Positions 9,331 through 20,400 of a stretch of DNA of 64,000 bases are shown here, one piece after another; position 1 is the stretch's first letter, and the number at the start of each line of letters is the position of its first letter. The position numbers and the translations under genes are program-made. The stretch is from an uncultured Pseudomonadota bacterium (GTDB lineage Bacteria > Myxococcota_A > UBA796 > SXON01): positions 3,802 through 67,801 of the forward strand of contig CAIQVJ010000007.1 of assembly GCA_903875225.1 (NCBI GenBank). Direction: 5' to 3'. The notes under the pieces are model-generated. The model made no database searches and was not told the DNA's origin. It saw only the letters and a list, made by a program, of their open reading frames with translations.

Positions 9331-10082
9331 CCGTCCGCATGGTGCCGTGCCTCGACGTCCGGGACGGGCGTGTCGTGAAGGGCGTACAGTTCCAGGGGCT
9401 GCGCGACGCGGGGGACCCGGTGGAGCGCGCCGCAGCCTACGAGGCGGGCGGAGGCGACGAGCTCGTGATCCTCGATGTCTCGGCCACCCCCGAGGGGCGC
9501 GGGAACGCCGTGGAGACGACCCGGGCCGTGCGGCGTGCGTTGGGGATCCCGCTCACGGTCGGTGGCGGGGTGCGCTCCGCGGCAGACGCGGGGCGCCTCC
9601 TGGACGCCGGCGCGGACAAGGTCGGCGTCAACACCGCTGCGGTCCAGGACCCGCCGTTGTTGACCGCCATCGCCACCCGCTACGGCGCGCAGTGCACGGT
9701 GCTGGCGCTCGACGCCGCCCGCCGGCTCGATGGATCGGGCTGGGAGGTGGTGGTGCGCTCGGGCAAGGACCGCACCGGGACGGACGCCGTCCGCTGGGCG
9801 GCCGAGGCCGCGAGCCGAGGCGCGGGCGAGATCCTGCTCACCAGTTGGGACCGCGACGGGACACGGGCGGGCTACGACCTGGAGCTGATCGCCGCGGTGC
9901 GCGCCGCCGTGTCCGTCCCGATCATCGCGTCGGGTGGTGCGGCCCACGCCGAACACATGGTGGACGCCGTGCGGGCCGGCGCGGACGCGCTCCTCGCCGC
10001 CAGCATCTTCCACGACGGCGAGACAACCCCCCTCACCCTGAAGCAGGCCCTCGGCAGGGCCGGGATACCGGTGCGAACGTGA
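9324..10082 (+). CDS. hisF: Imidazole glycerol phosphate synthase, cyclase subunit
   Basis: RMVPCLDVRDGRVVKGV, PLTVGGGVRS, GAGEILLTSWDRDGT, ASGGA, AASIFH. Confidence 0.95.
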   Translation: MLTVRMVPCLDVRDGRVVKGVQFQGLRDAGDPVERAAAYEAGGGDELVILDVSATPEGRGNAVETTRAVRRALGIPLTVGGGVRSAADAGRLLDAGADKVGVNTAAVQDPPLLTAIATRYGAQCTVLALDAARRLDGSGWEVVVRSGKDRTGTDAVRWAAEAASRGAGEILLTSWDRDGTRAGYDLELIAAVRAAVSVPIIASGGAAHAEHMVDAVRAGADALLAASIFHDGETTPLTLKQALGRAGIPVRT

Positions 10083-11341
10083 TCGTCCCTTCCATCGACC
10101 TCCAGGGCGGGCAGACCGTCCAGCTCGTCGGCGGCGAGACCCTGGCCATCGAAGCCGGGGACCCTCGCCCGATCGCCGCTCGCTTTGGCCGAGTCGGCGA
10201 GATCGCGGTCATCGACCTCGACGCCGCGCTGGGCCGCGGGAGCAACGCGCCGTTGATCACCGACCTCTGCAGTCGTCACGACTGCCGGGTCGGCGGCGGC
10301 ATCCGGGACGAGGCGACGGCGCGCCGCTGGCTCGACGCGGGGGCGGCGCGCATCATCCTCGGCACCGCCGCCACCCCCGACCTCCTCGGCCGGCTGCCCC
10401 GGGAGCGGGTCGTCGCCGCGCTCGACGCCCGTGACGGCGAGGTGGTCACCCACGGCTGGACGACCCGGACCGGCGCCCGCATCGAGGACCGGATCCGCGA
10501 GCTCTCCCCGTTCGTCGGCGCGTTCTTGATCACCTTCGTCGAGAAGGAAGGCCGCCTCGGCGGCACGGCGATGGACCGCGTGCAGCCGTTGATCGACGCT
10601 GCAGGCAGCTCGCGGATCACGTTCGCCGGCGGCGTGACGACGGCCGCAGAGGTGGCCGAACTCGACCGGCTCGGCGCCGACGCCCAGGTCGGGATGGCGC
10701 TCTACACGGGGCGCCTCGCGCTGGTGGATGCGTTCGCGGCCCCGTTGACCTCGGACCGCCCGGACGGGCTCTGGGCGACCGTCGTGGTCGACGAGCGCGG
10801 CACCGCGCTGGGCTTGTGCTGGTCCAACCGGGAGAGCCTCGCGCGCGCTTTGGAGACCGGCCGCGGCGTGTACTGGTCGCGTCGGCGCGGCTTGTGGGAG
10901 AAGGGGCTCGAGAGCGGCCACACCCAGGAGCTCCTGCGGGTCGACGCCGACTGCGACCGTGACGCGCTGCGGTTCACCGTGCGCCAGCACGGGCCTGGGT
11001 TCTGCCACCTCGGCTGCGCGACCTGCTGGGGCCCCGCGCGTGGGCTCGACGCGCTGGTGCAGACCCTCGCGGAGCGCACAAGGACTGCGCCCGACGGAAG
11101 CTACTCGCGCCGCCTGCTCGACGACCCCGGGCTCCTGCGCGCGAAGCTCCTCGAGGAGGCCGGCGAGCTCGCCGACGCGACCGATCCCGACCACGTCGTC
11201 GCCGAGGCTGCCGACGCGCTCTACTTCTCACTCGTCGCGCTCACCCGGTCCGGCCGGACGCTCGCAGACGTCGAAGCCCTGCTCGATCACCGGGCCCGCA
11301 AGCTGACGCGGCGCCCGGGCGACGCCAAGCCCACCCCCTGA
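10079..11341 (+). CDS. Fusion HisA (ProFAR isomerase) - HisI (PR-AMP cyclohydrolase) - HisE (PR-ATP pyrophosphatase)
   Basis: GTGA overlap with hisF. HisA: IVPSIDL, DLDAA, VGGGIR. HisI: DCDRDAL...CHLG..TC. HisE: KLLEEAGEL, EAADALY. Confidence 0.9.
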   Translation: MIVPSIDLQGGQTVQLVGGETLAIEAGDPRPIAARFGRVGEIAVIDLDAALGRGSNAPLITDLCSRHDCRVGGGIRDEATARRWLDAGAARIILGTAATPDLLGRLPRERVVAALDARDGEVVTHGWTTRTGARIEDRIRELSPFVGAFLITFVEKEGRLGGTAMDRVQPLIDAAGSSRITFAGGVTTAAEVAELDRLGADAQVGMALYTGRLALVDAFAAPLTSDRPDGLWATVVVDERGTALGLCWSNRESLARALETGRGVYWSRRRGLWEKGLESGHTQELLRVDADCDRDALRFTVRQHGPGFCHLGCATCWGPARGLDALVQTLAERTRTAPDGSYSRRLLDDPGLLRAKLLEEAGELADATDPDHVVAEAADALYFSLVALTRSGRTLADVEALLDHRARKLTRRPGDAKPTP

Positions 11342-11349
11342 GGTCCCCC

Positions 11350-12618
11350 ATGCTCCGCCGGGTCTCGCCCGCGGCCGTCGAGGCCGCCAACCTCTCCCCC
11401 GTCGATGCTCCGACGCTGGTCGCCGCCCGCGCGATCGTGGAGGACGTGCGGTTCGGCGGCGAGAGCGCACTACGGGCCCAGGCCTCGCGGCTCGGCGACC
11501 TGGCGCCGGGGGCGCCGCTGGTGATCGGGCGGGCCGAGCTCGGGGCCGCGGCCCGCTCCTTGCCGTCGGCAGATCTCGAGCTCCTCAAGCGCGCCGCCCA
11601 GCGCATCCGCGCGTTCGCGGACGCACAGCGAGCCGCGTTCGCCGACATCGACATCGCCGTGCCGGGCGGCCGGGCCGGCCACACGTTGTCGCCGGTGGAC
11701 AGGGCCGGCTGCTACGCGCCGGGGGGCCGCTACCCGTTGCCGTCGAGCGTGCTGATGACCGCAGTCACCGCCCGCGCCGCGGGCGTGCGCGAGACCTGGG
11801 TCGCCAGCCCCCGTCCGGCGGTCGTGACGCTTGCTGCGGCCTGGGTGGCAGACGCCGACGCCGTGCTCGCCGTCGGGGGCGCCCACGCCGTCGCCGCGCT
11901 GGCGTACGGCGCGGGCGACGTCCCGCGCATGGACGTCATCGTCGGCCCCGGCAATCGCTGGGTCACCGCCGCGAAGCAGCTGGGTGCGGGGCAGGTCGGC
12001 ATCGACATGCTGGCCGGACCGAGCGAGCTGGTGGTGCTCGCCGACGCGAGCGCAGACCCCGCCCGGATCGCCGCGGACCTGCTCGGGCAAGCCGAACATG
12101 ATCCCGACGCACGACCGATCCTCGTGACCTGGGACCCATCGCTCCCGGATCGGGTGGACCGGGCGCTCTCGGACCAGCTCGCCACCCTGTCCACGCGTGA
12201 CATCGCCCAGGAGGCGGTCGCAAACGGGTTCGTCGTCGTCTGCGCAGACGGCGCGGAGGCCCTCGCCGTGTGCGACCGGCTCGCGCCCGAGCACCTCGAG
12301 GTGCTGACGGTGAACGCCGACGAGCACGCGCGCGCGCTCCGGCACTACGGAGGGCTGTTCATCGGGGCGGCCTCGGCCGAGGTGTTCGGGGACTACGGGG
12401 TCGGGCCGAACCACGTGCTGCCCACAGGCACTGCCGCCCGGTTCACCGGAGGGCTGAACGTGCTGCACTTCCTGCGGGTGCGAACGTGGCTTCGGATGGA
12501 GCCCGGAGCCGGGCTGGGGGCGGTGGTCGAGGATGCCGCCCGCCTCGCGCGGCTCGAGGGGTTGGAAGCCCACGCCCGCAGCGCCGAGGACCGGCTGCGC
12601 GGGCCTGCAGGCCGCTGA
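11350..12618 (+). CDS. hisD: Histidinol dehydrogenase
   Basis: GCYAPGGRYPLPSSVLM, IVGPGNRWV, IDMLAGPSE, QAEHD, APEHLE, GDYGVGPNHVLPT, EGLEAHA. Confidence 0.95.
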   Translation: MLRRVSPAAVEAANLSPVDAPTLVAARAIVEDVRFGGESALRAQASRLGDLAPGAPLVIGRAELGAAARSLPSADLELLKRAAQRIRAFADAQRAAFADIDIAVPGGRAGHTLSPVDRAGCYAPGGRYPLPSSVLMTAVTARAAGVRETWVASPRPAVVTLAAAWVADADAVLAVGGAHAVAALAYGAGDVPRMDVIVGPGNRWVTAAKQLGAGQVGIDMLAGPSELVVLADASADPARIAADLLGQAEHDPDARPILVTWDPSLPDRVDRALSDQLATLSTRDIAQEAVANGFVVVCADGAEALAVCDRLAPEHLEVLTVNADEHARALRHYGGLFIGAASAEVFGDYGVGPNHVLPTGTAARFTGGLNVLHFLRVRTWLRMEPGAGLGAVVEDAARLARLEGLEAHARSAEDRLRGPAGR

Positions 12619-12793
12619 GCTCCCGTCGCCCGGCTGTGCGGTCGGGGCGGTTTCACTTCAACCAGGGCCTTGGAGTCTCCTCCGCCCAGATCCAGAGCGC
12701 GGCCCGCTGCGTTTCGTGGCCCTTCAGCTCGCGGGGCGGATCACCAGGTTGGCCAGCTGCACCAGGGCGCGCATGGGCTGGGGCTCCTGGGGA

Positions 12794-12834
12794 CCGGGCA
12801 CACGGTCGGCTGGGCCATGGTGTACGCCGGTCGC
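12794..12834 (+). repeat. 41-bp exact direct repeat, copy 2 (intergenic, downstream of hisD)
   Basis: Identical to 203-243. Flanking bases differ immediately on both sides. Confidence 0.95.
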
Positions 12835-12924
12835 GCAGCCCGGCAACGACCCGCGCAGGCCCGCGGACCTCTCCGATCGGCGGCCCGGTCCCGCGGACGA
12901 CGGACCACACTGTTAGGCCACCAG

Positions 12925-14937
12925 ATGGTCCCCCTCCTGCTCGCCCTGCTCGTTCGAGCCCACGCGGACGAGCCCGGGACCTGCCCGGACGACGCGAGCG
13001 CGGACACCGGCGTCATCACCGCGAACCTCGCGTGCGCCACCGCCTGTGACGGGTGCTGCGCCGAAGACGGCACGTGCCTCGATGGCACGGCGGACGACGC
13101 CTGCGGCATCGCCGAGACCTGCCAGGACTGCACCTCCTCGGGTGACTCCTGCCAGTCCGGCACGTGCCAGAGCGTGGCGTGGACGTCGTTCAGCTACCAC
13201 GACGACGACGAGCTCGACGTCCGCTCGATCGAGGGGGCGGCGCGCGCCCGCTCCGATGCGCTGCGCTTCATCTATGGCACGCCGGCGCTCCCGACCGAGG
13301 AGCCCACCACCGTGGAGACGAACGTCGAGAGCCCGCTCCCGGATCTCGCCGCGCTCGATCGCGTCGATCGGCTCACGATGGACCTCTCGGATGGGTTCAC
13401 GTCCGTGGCGTACGTGTTTCACCCCGCAGCGAGCAACGGGAAGCTGATGATCTTCCACCAGGGCCACTCGACGACCTACGCCGCTGATGGCGGGGTCGAG
13501 ACCATCGGCTTCTTCCTGGAGCGGGGCTGGGACGTCGCGGCGATGTGCATGCCGCTCTACGGCGAGTGCACGGGGCCCTACACGAGCCATGGGGAGATGT
13601 ACAGCGCCCGCTTCGACGGCTACTCGTACCTCAAGTTCTTCCTCCAGCCCGTCGCGGAGGTCGTGAACTACGGGCAGGACGTCCTCGGGGCCTCGGAGGT
13701 CGACATGATCGGGATCTCGGGCGGGGGATGGACGACGACGATGGCTGCCGCGCTCGATCCGCGCATCCGCGTGAGCATCCCCGTGGCGGGCTCGCTGCCG
13801 ATCTACCTGCGCACCGACCCGCGCGATCTCGGCGACGCCGAGCAGTACGGCTACGAGTTCTACCAGATCGTCGGCTACCCCGATCTCTACGTGCTCGGCG
13901 CGATCGGCCCCGACCGGCGCCAGCTCCAGGTGCTCAACCGCTACGACACGTGCTGCTTCGCGGGCACGCTCTACCAGGACTATGAGGCAGACGTCGCCGC
14001 GGGGGTCGAGACCGTGGCGCCGGGCGGGTTCTCCGTGTTCCTCGACCAGAGCCACGTCTCCCACGAGATCTCCCTGTTCGCCCTGCGCGCCGCGATCGTG
14101 CACGTCGTCGACGGCGACGGCGTCACCCTCGTGGACGACCTCGGCCCCGCCTACGGGGCGTTCGGGCTGCGCGGCACCTGGCAGAACGGGTCGGACGACG
14201 GGAGCTTCGGAGGCCACCACCAGGAGTCGTCGGTCGAGGGCGCCACCGCCACGTGGACGTACACGGGCGAGCCCGGTGAGTACCGGGTCTCCACCACGTG
14301 GGCCCCAGACCCGAACCTCGGGAGCGCGGTGCCCTACTCGGTCACGGGTGACAGCCGCGTCGACGTCACGGTCGATCAGACGGCAGCACCGGTGGGCTGG
14401 GCGGACGCGACGGCCCACTGGCAGGACCTCGCGGTCGCCGCGGCCACGTCTTGGGGCGTCCTCACCGTCTCGGTCGTGGTCCCCGAGGCCGCGTCGGTCC
14501 GCGCGGATGCCGTGCGCTTCGAGCGCATCTGCACGGCCTGCACCTGGTACGCCGACGCGGACGGCGACGGCTTCGGGGACCCCGGGGCCACGCGCGTGGC
14601 CTGCGCCGCCGAGGACGGATGGGTGGACGCAGCCGGCGACTGCGACGACGGCCGATCCGACGTCCACCCCGGCGCGGTCGACACGCCCGACGACGGCCTG
14701 GACCAGGACTGCGACGGGAGCGATGCGACCGGCCCGCACGACTCGGGACAGGAGACGGCCGGGGACTCCGCGAAGGACGAGCGACCGGGACCAGAGGACC
14801 CGGACAGGGGCTGTGGGTGCGCGAGCACTTCCAGCGTCGGCGGGATGGCGGGCGTCCTCGGGGCGCTGGCGCTCGCCGCCTCGCGGCGTGGAAAGCGCGC
14901 CTGGACCGCGTCGAGAGGGGCACCCGGGCCAGGATGA
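12925..14937 (+). CDS. Secreted multidomain protein: Cys-rich region, alpha/beta-hydrolase, golvesin/CBM-like domain, MopE-like repeat, MYXO-CTERM-like anchor
   Basis: Signal MVPLLLALLVRAHA, nucleophile elbow GISGGG, ADAVRFE, DCDD...HPGA..DGLDQDCDG, C-terminal GCGC + hydrophobic helix + RR. Confidence 0.8.
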   Translation: MVPLLLALLVRAHADEPGTCPDDASADTGVITANLACATACDGCCAEDGTCLDGTADDACGIAETCQDCTSSGDSCQSGTCQSVAWTSFSYHDDDELDVRSIEGAARARSDALRFIYGTPALPTEEPTTVETNVESPLPDLAALDRVDRLTMDLSDGFTSVAYVFHPAASNGKLMIFHQGHSTTYAADGGVETIGFFLERGWDVAAMCMPLYGECTGPYTSHGEMYSARFDGYSYLKFFLQPVAEVVNYGQDVLGASEVDMIGISGGGWTTTMAAALDPRIRVSIPVAGSLPIYLRTDPRDLGDAEQYGYEFYQIVGYPDLYVLGAIGPDRRQLQVLNRYDTCCFAGTLYQDYEADVAAGVETVAPGGFSVFLDQSHVSHEISLFALRAAIVHVVDGDGVTLVDDLGPAYGAFGLRGTWQNGSDDGSFGGHHQESSVEGATATWTYTGEPGEYRVSTTWAPDPNLGSAVPYSVTGDSRVDVTVDQTAAPVGWADATAHWQDLAVAAATSWGVLTVSVVVPEAASVRADAVRFERICTACTWYADADGDGFGDPGATRVACAAEDGWVDAAGDCDDGRSDVHPGAVDTPDDGLDQDCDGSDATGPHDSGQETAGDSAKDERPGPEDPDRGCGCASTSSVGGMAGVLGALALAASRRGKRAWTASRGAPGPG

Positions 14938-14995
14938 CCCGCATCGTCCCCGCACCAGCTTGACAGCCCCGGCCCCCGATGGCAGGAGCGGGGAG

Positions 14996-17383
14996 ATGGC
15001 CTCCTCCAAGCAGCACCCCGCAGACAGCCACGACCGGATCCGCGTCCAGGGCGCCCGGCACAACAACCTGAAGGACATCTGCGTCGACATCCCCAAGCGA
15101 CGACTGACCGTGTTCACCGGCGTCTCGGGGTCGGGCAAGTCGTCGCTCGTGTTCGGCACCATCGCTGCCGGGTCGCAGCGGTTGATCAACGAGACCTACA
15201 GCGCTTTCCTGCAGGGGTTCATGCCGGCGCTGGCCCGGCCCGAGGTCGACGTGCTGGACGGGTTGACGACCGCCATCCTCGTCGACCAGGAGCGGATGGG
15301 CGCCAACTCCCGCTCGACGGTGGGTACGGCGACCGACGCCAACGCGATGCTGCGGGTGCTGTTCAGCCGGCTCGGCAAGCCGCACGTCGGCTCGTCCAAC
15401 GCCTTCTCGTTCAACGTCCCGTCGGTACATGGGGTCGGGCAACTCTCGACCGACAGGGGCGGCGGAAAGACCGAGAAGCGCACGTTCACGGTCGCGGGCG
15501 GCATGTGCCCCCGCTGCGAGGGCATGGGCTCGGTCACCGACATCGACCGTTCCCAACTCTACGACGAGAGCAGGTCGCTCAACGAGGGCGCGCTCACCAT
15601 CCCCGGCTACACCGCCGATGGCTGGAACGTGCGGATCTTCGGCGCCTCGGGCTTCCTCGACCCGGACAAGCGCATCCGCGACTACTCGCCGCAGGAGCTG
15701 CAGGACTTCCTGCACAAGGAGCCTGTGAAGGTGAAGATCGGGAACGTGAACCTCACCTACGAGGGGCTCATCCCGAAGATCCAGAAGTCGTTCCTCTCGA
15801 AGGACGTCGACGCGATGCAGCCGCACATCCGGGCGTTCGTGGAGCGCGCTGTCACGTTCACCACCTGTCCTGCATGCAGCGGCACCCGGCTCAACGAGGC
15901 CGCCCGGTCCGCCAGGATCAACGGTATCAACATCGCCGACGCCTGCGCGATGCAGATCACCGACCTGACTGCGTGGGTGCGAGGGCTGGACGAGCCGTCC
16001 GTCGCGCCCCTGCTGGCCTCGCTGCAGCACACGCTCGACGCGTTCGTGGAGATCGGGCTCGGCTACCTGGGCCTCGATCGGCCGACCGGTACGCTGTCGG
16101 GCGGTGAGGCGCAGCGCACCCGGATGATCCGCCACCTCGGGTCTTCGCTCACGGACGTGACCTACATCTTCGACGAGCCGACGATCGGGCTGCACCCCCA
16201 CGACATCCGGAGGATGAACGACCTCCTGCTGCGGCTGCGCGACAAGGGCAACACGATCCTCGTGGTGGAGCACAAGCCGGAGGTGATCGGGATCGCCGAC
16301 CACGTCGTCGATCTCGGCCCCGGTGCCGGCGCCGCGGGCGGACGGGTGGTCTACGAGGGCTCCGTCGAGGGGCTCCGGACCAGCGGCACGCTCACGGGGC
16401 GTCACCTGAACGACCGGGCCTCCCTGAAACCCTCGGTGCGTCGGGCGTCGGGCGTAATGCGGGTGCGTGGCGCCTCCACGCACAACCTCAAGGGCGTCGA
16501 CGTCGACATCCCGCTCGGCGTGCTGGTGGTGGTGACCGGGGTGGCCGGCTCGGGCAAGAGCTCCTTGATCCATGGATCGGTGAGTGGCCGCGAGGGGGTG
16601 GTTTCGGTCGATCAGGCGCCGATCCGCGGCTCGCGGCGGAGCAACCCGGCGACGTACACGGACCTGCTGGAGCCCATCCGCAAGGCGTTCGCGAAGGCGA
16701 ACGGGGTGAACCCGGCCCTGTTCAGCGCCAACTCCGAGGGCGCCTGCCCGACCTGCAACGGAGCCGGGGTGATCGAAACCGACCTCGGGATGATGGCCAC
16801 CGTCACCACGGTGTGCGAGGCGTGCGAGGGTCGGCGGTTCCATGCGTCGGTGCTGGAATACCGGCTCGGCGGGCTCGACATCGCGGAGGTGCTCGATCTT
16901 TCGGTGGAGGAGGCAGTCCGCTACTTCGGCGCCGGCGCGGCGCGAACGCCCGCCGCGCTCTTGATCCTGCAGCGCATGGCTGACGTGGGCCTCGGCTACC
17001 TGCGGCTCGGCCAACCGCTCCCCACGCTGTCGGGCGGCGAGCGGCAGCGGCTCAAGCTGGCGACGCACATGGGCGCCGAAGGCGGGATCTATGTGCTCGA
17101 CGAGCCGACCAGCGGGCTGCATCTGGCCGACCTCCAGCAACTGCTCGGACTCCTGGACCGACTTGTCGACGCCGGCAAGTCGGTCATCGTGATCGAGCAC
17201 CACCAGGCGGTGATGGTGCACGCCGACTGGATCATCGACCTCGGGCCCGGCGCGGGCCACGACGGTGGGCGGGTCGTGTTCGAAGGCACCCCTGCGGATC
17301 TGGTGGCTGCGAGGTCGACGCTGACCGGGGAGCACCTGGCTGCATTCGTCGCGAGCAGTGCAAAGGCCGGCCCGCGTCGCTGA
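14996..17383 (+). CDS. uvrA: Class II UvrA / DrrC-like ABC ATPase (excinuclease ABC subunit A paralog)
   Basis: GARHNNLK, two Walker A motifs ([18 protein letters not shown]), two LSGGE signatures, CxxC zinc fingers. About 795 aa, shorter than canonical UvrA. Confidence 0.9.
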   Translation: MASSKQHPADSHDRIRVQGARHNNLKDICVDIPKRRLTVFTGVSGSGKSSLVFGTIAAGSQRLINETYSAFLQGFMPALARPEVDVLDGLTTAILVDQERMGANSRSTVGTATDANAMLRVLFSRLGKPHVGSSNAFSFNVPSVHGVGQLSTDRGGGKTEKRTFTVAGGMCPRCEGMGSVTDIDRSQLYDESRSLNEGALTIPGYTADGWNVRIFGASGFLDPDKRIRDYSPQELQDFLHKEPVKVKIGNVNLTYEGLIPKIQKSFLSKDVDAMQPHIRAFVERAVTFTTCPACSGTRLNEAARSARINGINIADACAMQITDLTAWVRGLDEPSVAPLLASLQHTLDAFVEIGLGYLGLDRPTGTLSGGEAQRTRMIRHLGSSLTDVTYIFDEPTIGLHPHDIRRMNDLLLRLRDKGNTILVVEHKPEVIGIADHVVDLGPGAGAAGGRVVYEGSVEGLRTSGTLTGRHLNDRASLKPSVRRASGVMRVRGASTHNLKGVDVDIPLGVLVVVTGVAGSGKSSLIHGSVSGREGVVSVDQAPIRGSRRSNPATYTDLLEPIRKAFAKANGVNPALFSANSEGACPTCNGAGVIETDLGMMATVTTVCEACEGRRFHASVLEYRLGGLDIAEVLDLSVEEAVRYFGAGAARTPAALLILQRMADVGLGYLRLGQPLPTLSGGERQRLKLATHMGAEGGIYVLDEPTSGLHLADLQQLLGLLDRLVDAGKSVIVIEHHQAVMVHADWIIDLGPGAGHDGGRVVFEGTPADLVAARSTLTGEHLAAFVASSAKAGPRR

Positions 17384-17449
17384 GCGGGGTGTGCAGACCG
17401 CCGGGGTCCGCCCGGATTATGCCCTGTTGGAGCAGGAAGGCGAATCCCC

Positions 17450-20400
17450 GTGCACAGCCGCAACGCCACCCCCGCACTGTCAGCGCCCCCCTGGTTGGGG
17501 CTCCGGACGGCGACCGCCGTGATCACCATCGGGACGCTGGGCGCCGGCTGCTCCCATGACCCGAAGGGCCACACGGTCCCCGACGACACCCTCGACACCC
17601 ACGACACCCCCATCGACACCGGCATCGAGACCGTGCCGCCACGCGCCGCCCCCTGGGAGCGCGAGGAGATCGCCGCGCCGGGCTCGATCACGTTCAACGA
17701 GCTGCTGTACCACTCGGCCACCGACGCGGATGTCGAGTGGATCGAGCTCCACAACCCCATGGCCCTGGACATGGATCTCTCGGGATGGTCGATCGCTGGC
17801 GGCGTGGCCTACACCTTCGCCGATGGCACCATCCTGCCCGCCGGCGGATACCTCGTGGTCGCCGCGGATCCGGCCCGGATCGCGGGTGCACTCGGGCCCT
17901 ACGTCGGCACGCTCTCGAACTCCGGCGACCGGATCGATCTTCGGAACAACGGCGGCCGGCTGATCGACACCATCGCGTACGGCACCGACGATCCCTGGCC
18001 CGTCCAGGCCGACGGCTCGGGGCTCACCCTGGCCAAGATCGACCCGGACGCCGCCAGCGACCACGCCGAGAACTGGACGGCCAGCAGCGATCTCGGCGGG
18101 ACCCCTGGCCAGCCGAACGTGCTCGACCCCCTCGCGCCGCCCACCACCCTGGACCTCGTGGCGCTCGACGCCCCGTGGACCTACGACGTCTCCGGCGGGT
18201 ATCCCGCCGCCGACTGGGCGCAGCCCGACTACGACGACAGCGCCTGGGACAGCGGCGCGGCCACCTTCTTCGCGGGGGCGGCCCAGGAAGATGCGCCCGC
18301 GACCGTCCGGGTGACAGCCGACAACTACTACGGCGTGTACCTGGGCCAGGCCGACGGCACCGATCTCCGCCTCGTCGGGCAGAGCGACGGCGGGGACTGG
18401 ACCACCGTGGAGAGCTTCGACACGACGGTCACCCCCCAGGACCACCTCTACGTCGCCGCCTGGGAGGCGCCGACGGACTCGGGTGGCCCGCAGATGACCA
18501 TCGCCGAGGTGGAGATGCCCTCCGGCGTCGTGGGCACGGACGCCTCCTCCTTCGAGTGGGTGCTCGGCCCCACGGACGGCTGCCCCGGTACCACACCGCC
18601 CGATCCGCCGCCGGCCGTCGAGGAACTCGGACCCTGGATCGAGGATGCGGACGCCGCCGCGTCCTGGGCCCTCCCGGGGGTCGAGGCCGACCGCACCTCC
18701 GACCCCTGGGGCTGGGCCAACAGCGGCTCCTTCACCGACGCGAAGTTCGTCTGGGCCGACACCTTCGACGATCCCTCGATCACCAACACCGAGAACACGT
18801 ACGCGCTCTTCCGCTCGAAGGACGCGCTGCTGGGGTCGCGCGGGACGACCGAGCTCTACGCGGTCCCCACCACGAGCACCTTCCGCACCACCTTCTCCTT
18901 CGACGCCGACCCCGGCTCGGCCGAGCTCTCCCTCGAGTACCTCGTCGACGACGGCGCCGTCTTCTACCTCAACGGCGTCGAGGTGCTCCGCGAGAACATG
19001 CCGACGGGCCCTGTGGACGCCAGCACCCTGGCCTCCGCACCGGTCGGGGATCCTTCGGAGCTGTACGCCGACATCCCCGCCGATGCGTTGGTACGCGGTC
19101 TCAACGTGCTGACGGTCGAGGTCCACCAGGCCGAGCCCGACGACCTGGACCTGACCTTCGCGTGTGCGCTGACCGCGCGGATCGCTCCCCAGGCCGCCGG
19201 CCCCACGATCCTCCTGAACGAGATCGCGCCGGCCGCCGAGTCGCCGTTCTGGGCGGAGCTGCTCGACGTGAGCACGAGCACCCAGGACACCACCGGCCTC
19301 GTCCTGACCTCGTCGACGGGCGGCGAGCTGGTGCTCCCGGCTGGGACGCTCGCGTCCGGCAGGCTCCTGGCTGTGGACGACCTGGGCTTTCCCGTCGAGG
19401 CCGGCGACATGCTGTACCTGTACTCCGCCGATCGGCGCGATCTGCTCGATGCGGTGCGGGTTCAGGACGGGCTTCGGGGTCGGGCGAGCGCCGACGAGGC
19501 GGGCGTCGGTGGCCCCTGGCGCGTTCCGAGCGAGGCGACGCCAGGCGCGCAGAACGTCGTCGAGAGCACCGACGATGTCGTGATCAACGAGATCCAGTAC
19601 CACCACGAGCCGCATTCGCAGGAGGGCGAGCCGGTGACGGACGTGGCCGAGGAGTGGATCGAGCTCTACAACCGGGGCGCCGAGGCCGTGGACCTCGGCG
19701 GCTGGCAGCTCGTCGACGCCGTAGGCTTCGCGTTCCCCTCGGGCACGGTCCTCGCGCCAGATTCCTACCTGGTGGTCGCGGGCGACGCCGCGGCCCTGCG
19801 GGAGGAGCACCCCGACATCGCGGTGGTGGGGAGCTACTCGGGCGGCCTCGGCAACGGGGGCGACCGGGTCCTGCTGCTCGACGCCCGCGGCAACCCCGCG
19901 GACGAGGTGCGGTACTTCGACGGGGGGCGCTGGCCTGCCGCGCCCGATGGGGGCGGGGCGACGCTCGAGTTGCGCGACCCGCGCGCCGACAACGAAGCCC
20001 CCGAGGCCTGGGCTGCGAGCGACGAGAGCGCGCGTTCGGCCTGGACCTCCTACAGCTACCGCGGCGCGGCCCAGCCGAGCGCGGTGGGCCCCGACGGCGC
20101 CTGGCAGGAGTTCGTGCTCGGGTTGCTCGACAGCGGCGAGGTCCTGATCGACGACCTGAGCGTGGTCCAGGATCCGGATGGGACGCCCGTCGAGCTGGTC
20201 CAGAACGGCACCTTCGACGCCGGCAGCGATCACTGGCGGCTCCTGGGGAACCACCGTCACAGCGAGGTGGTCCCGGACCCCGACGACCCCGCGAACTCCG
20301 TCCTACGCGTCGTGGCCACCGGCGCGACCGAACACATGCACAACCACGCCGAGACGACGCTGCTCCGGCCGATCGGCACGCGGCCCTACGAGGTGTCCTA

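Noticed and set aside
11339-11352. Possible read-through or frameshift making a full HisA-I-E-D polyprotein
   Set aside because: hisD is in another frame, has its own GAGG-like RBS and ATG, and no slippery site is evident beyond a short C run.
14960-14990. Perfect TTGACA upstream of uvrA as a sigma70 promoter or SOS site
   Set aside because: No convincing -10 at 16-19 bp and no recognisable LexA palindrome.
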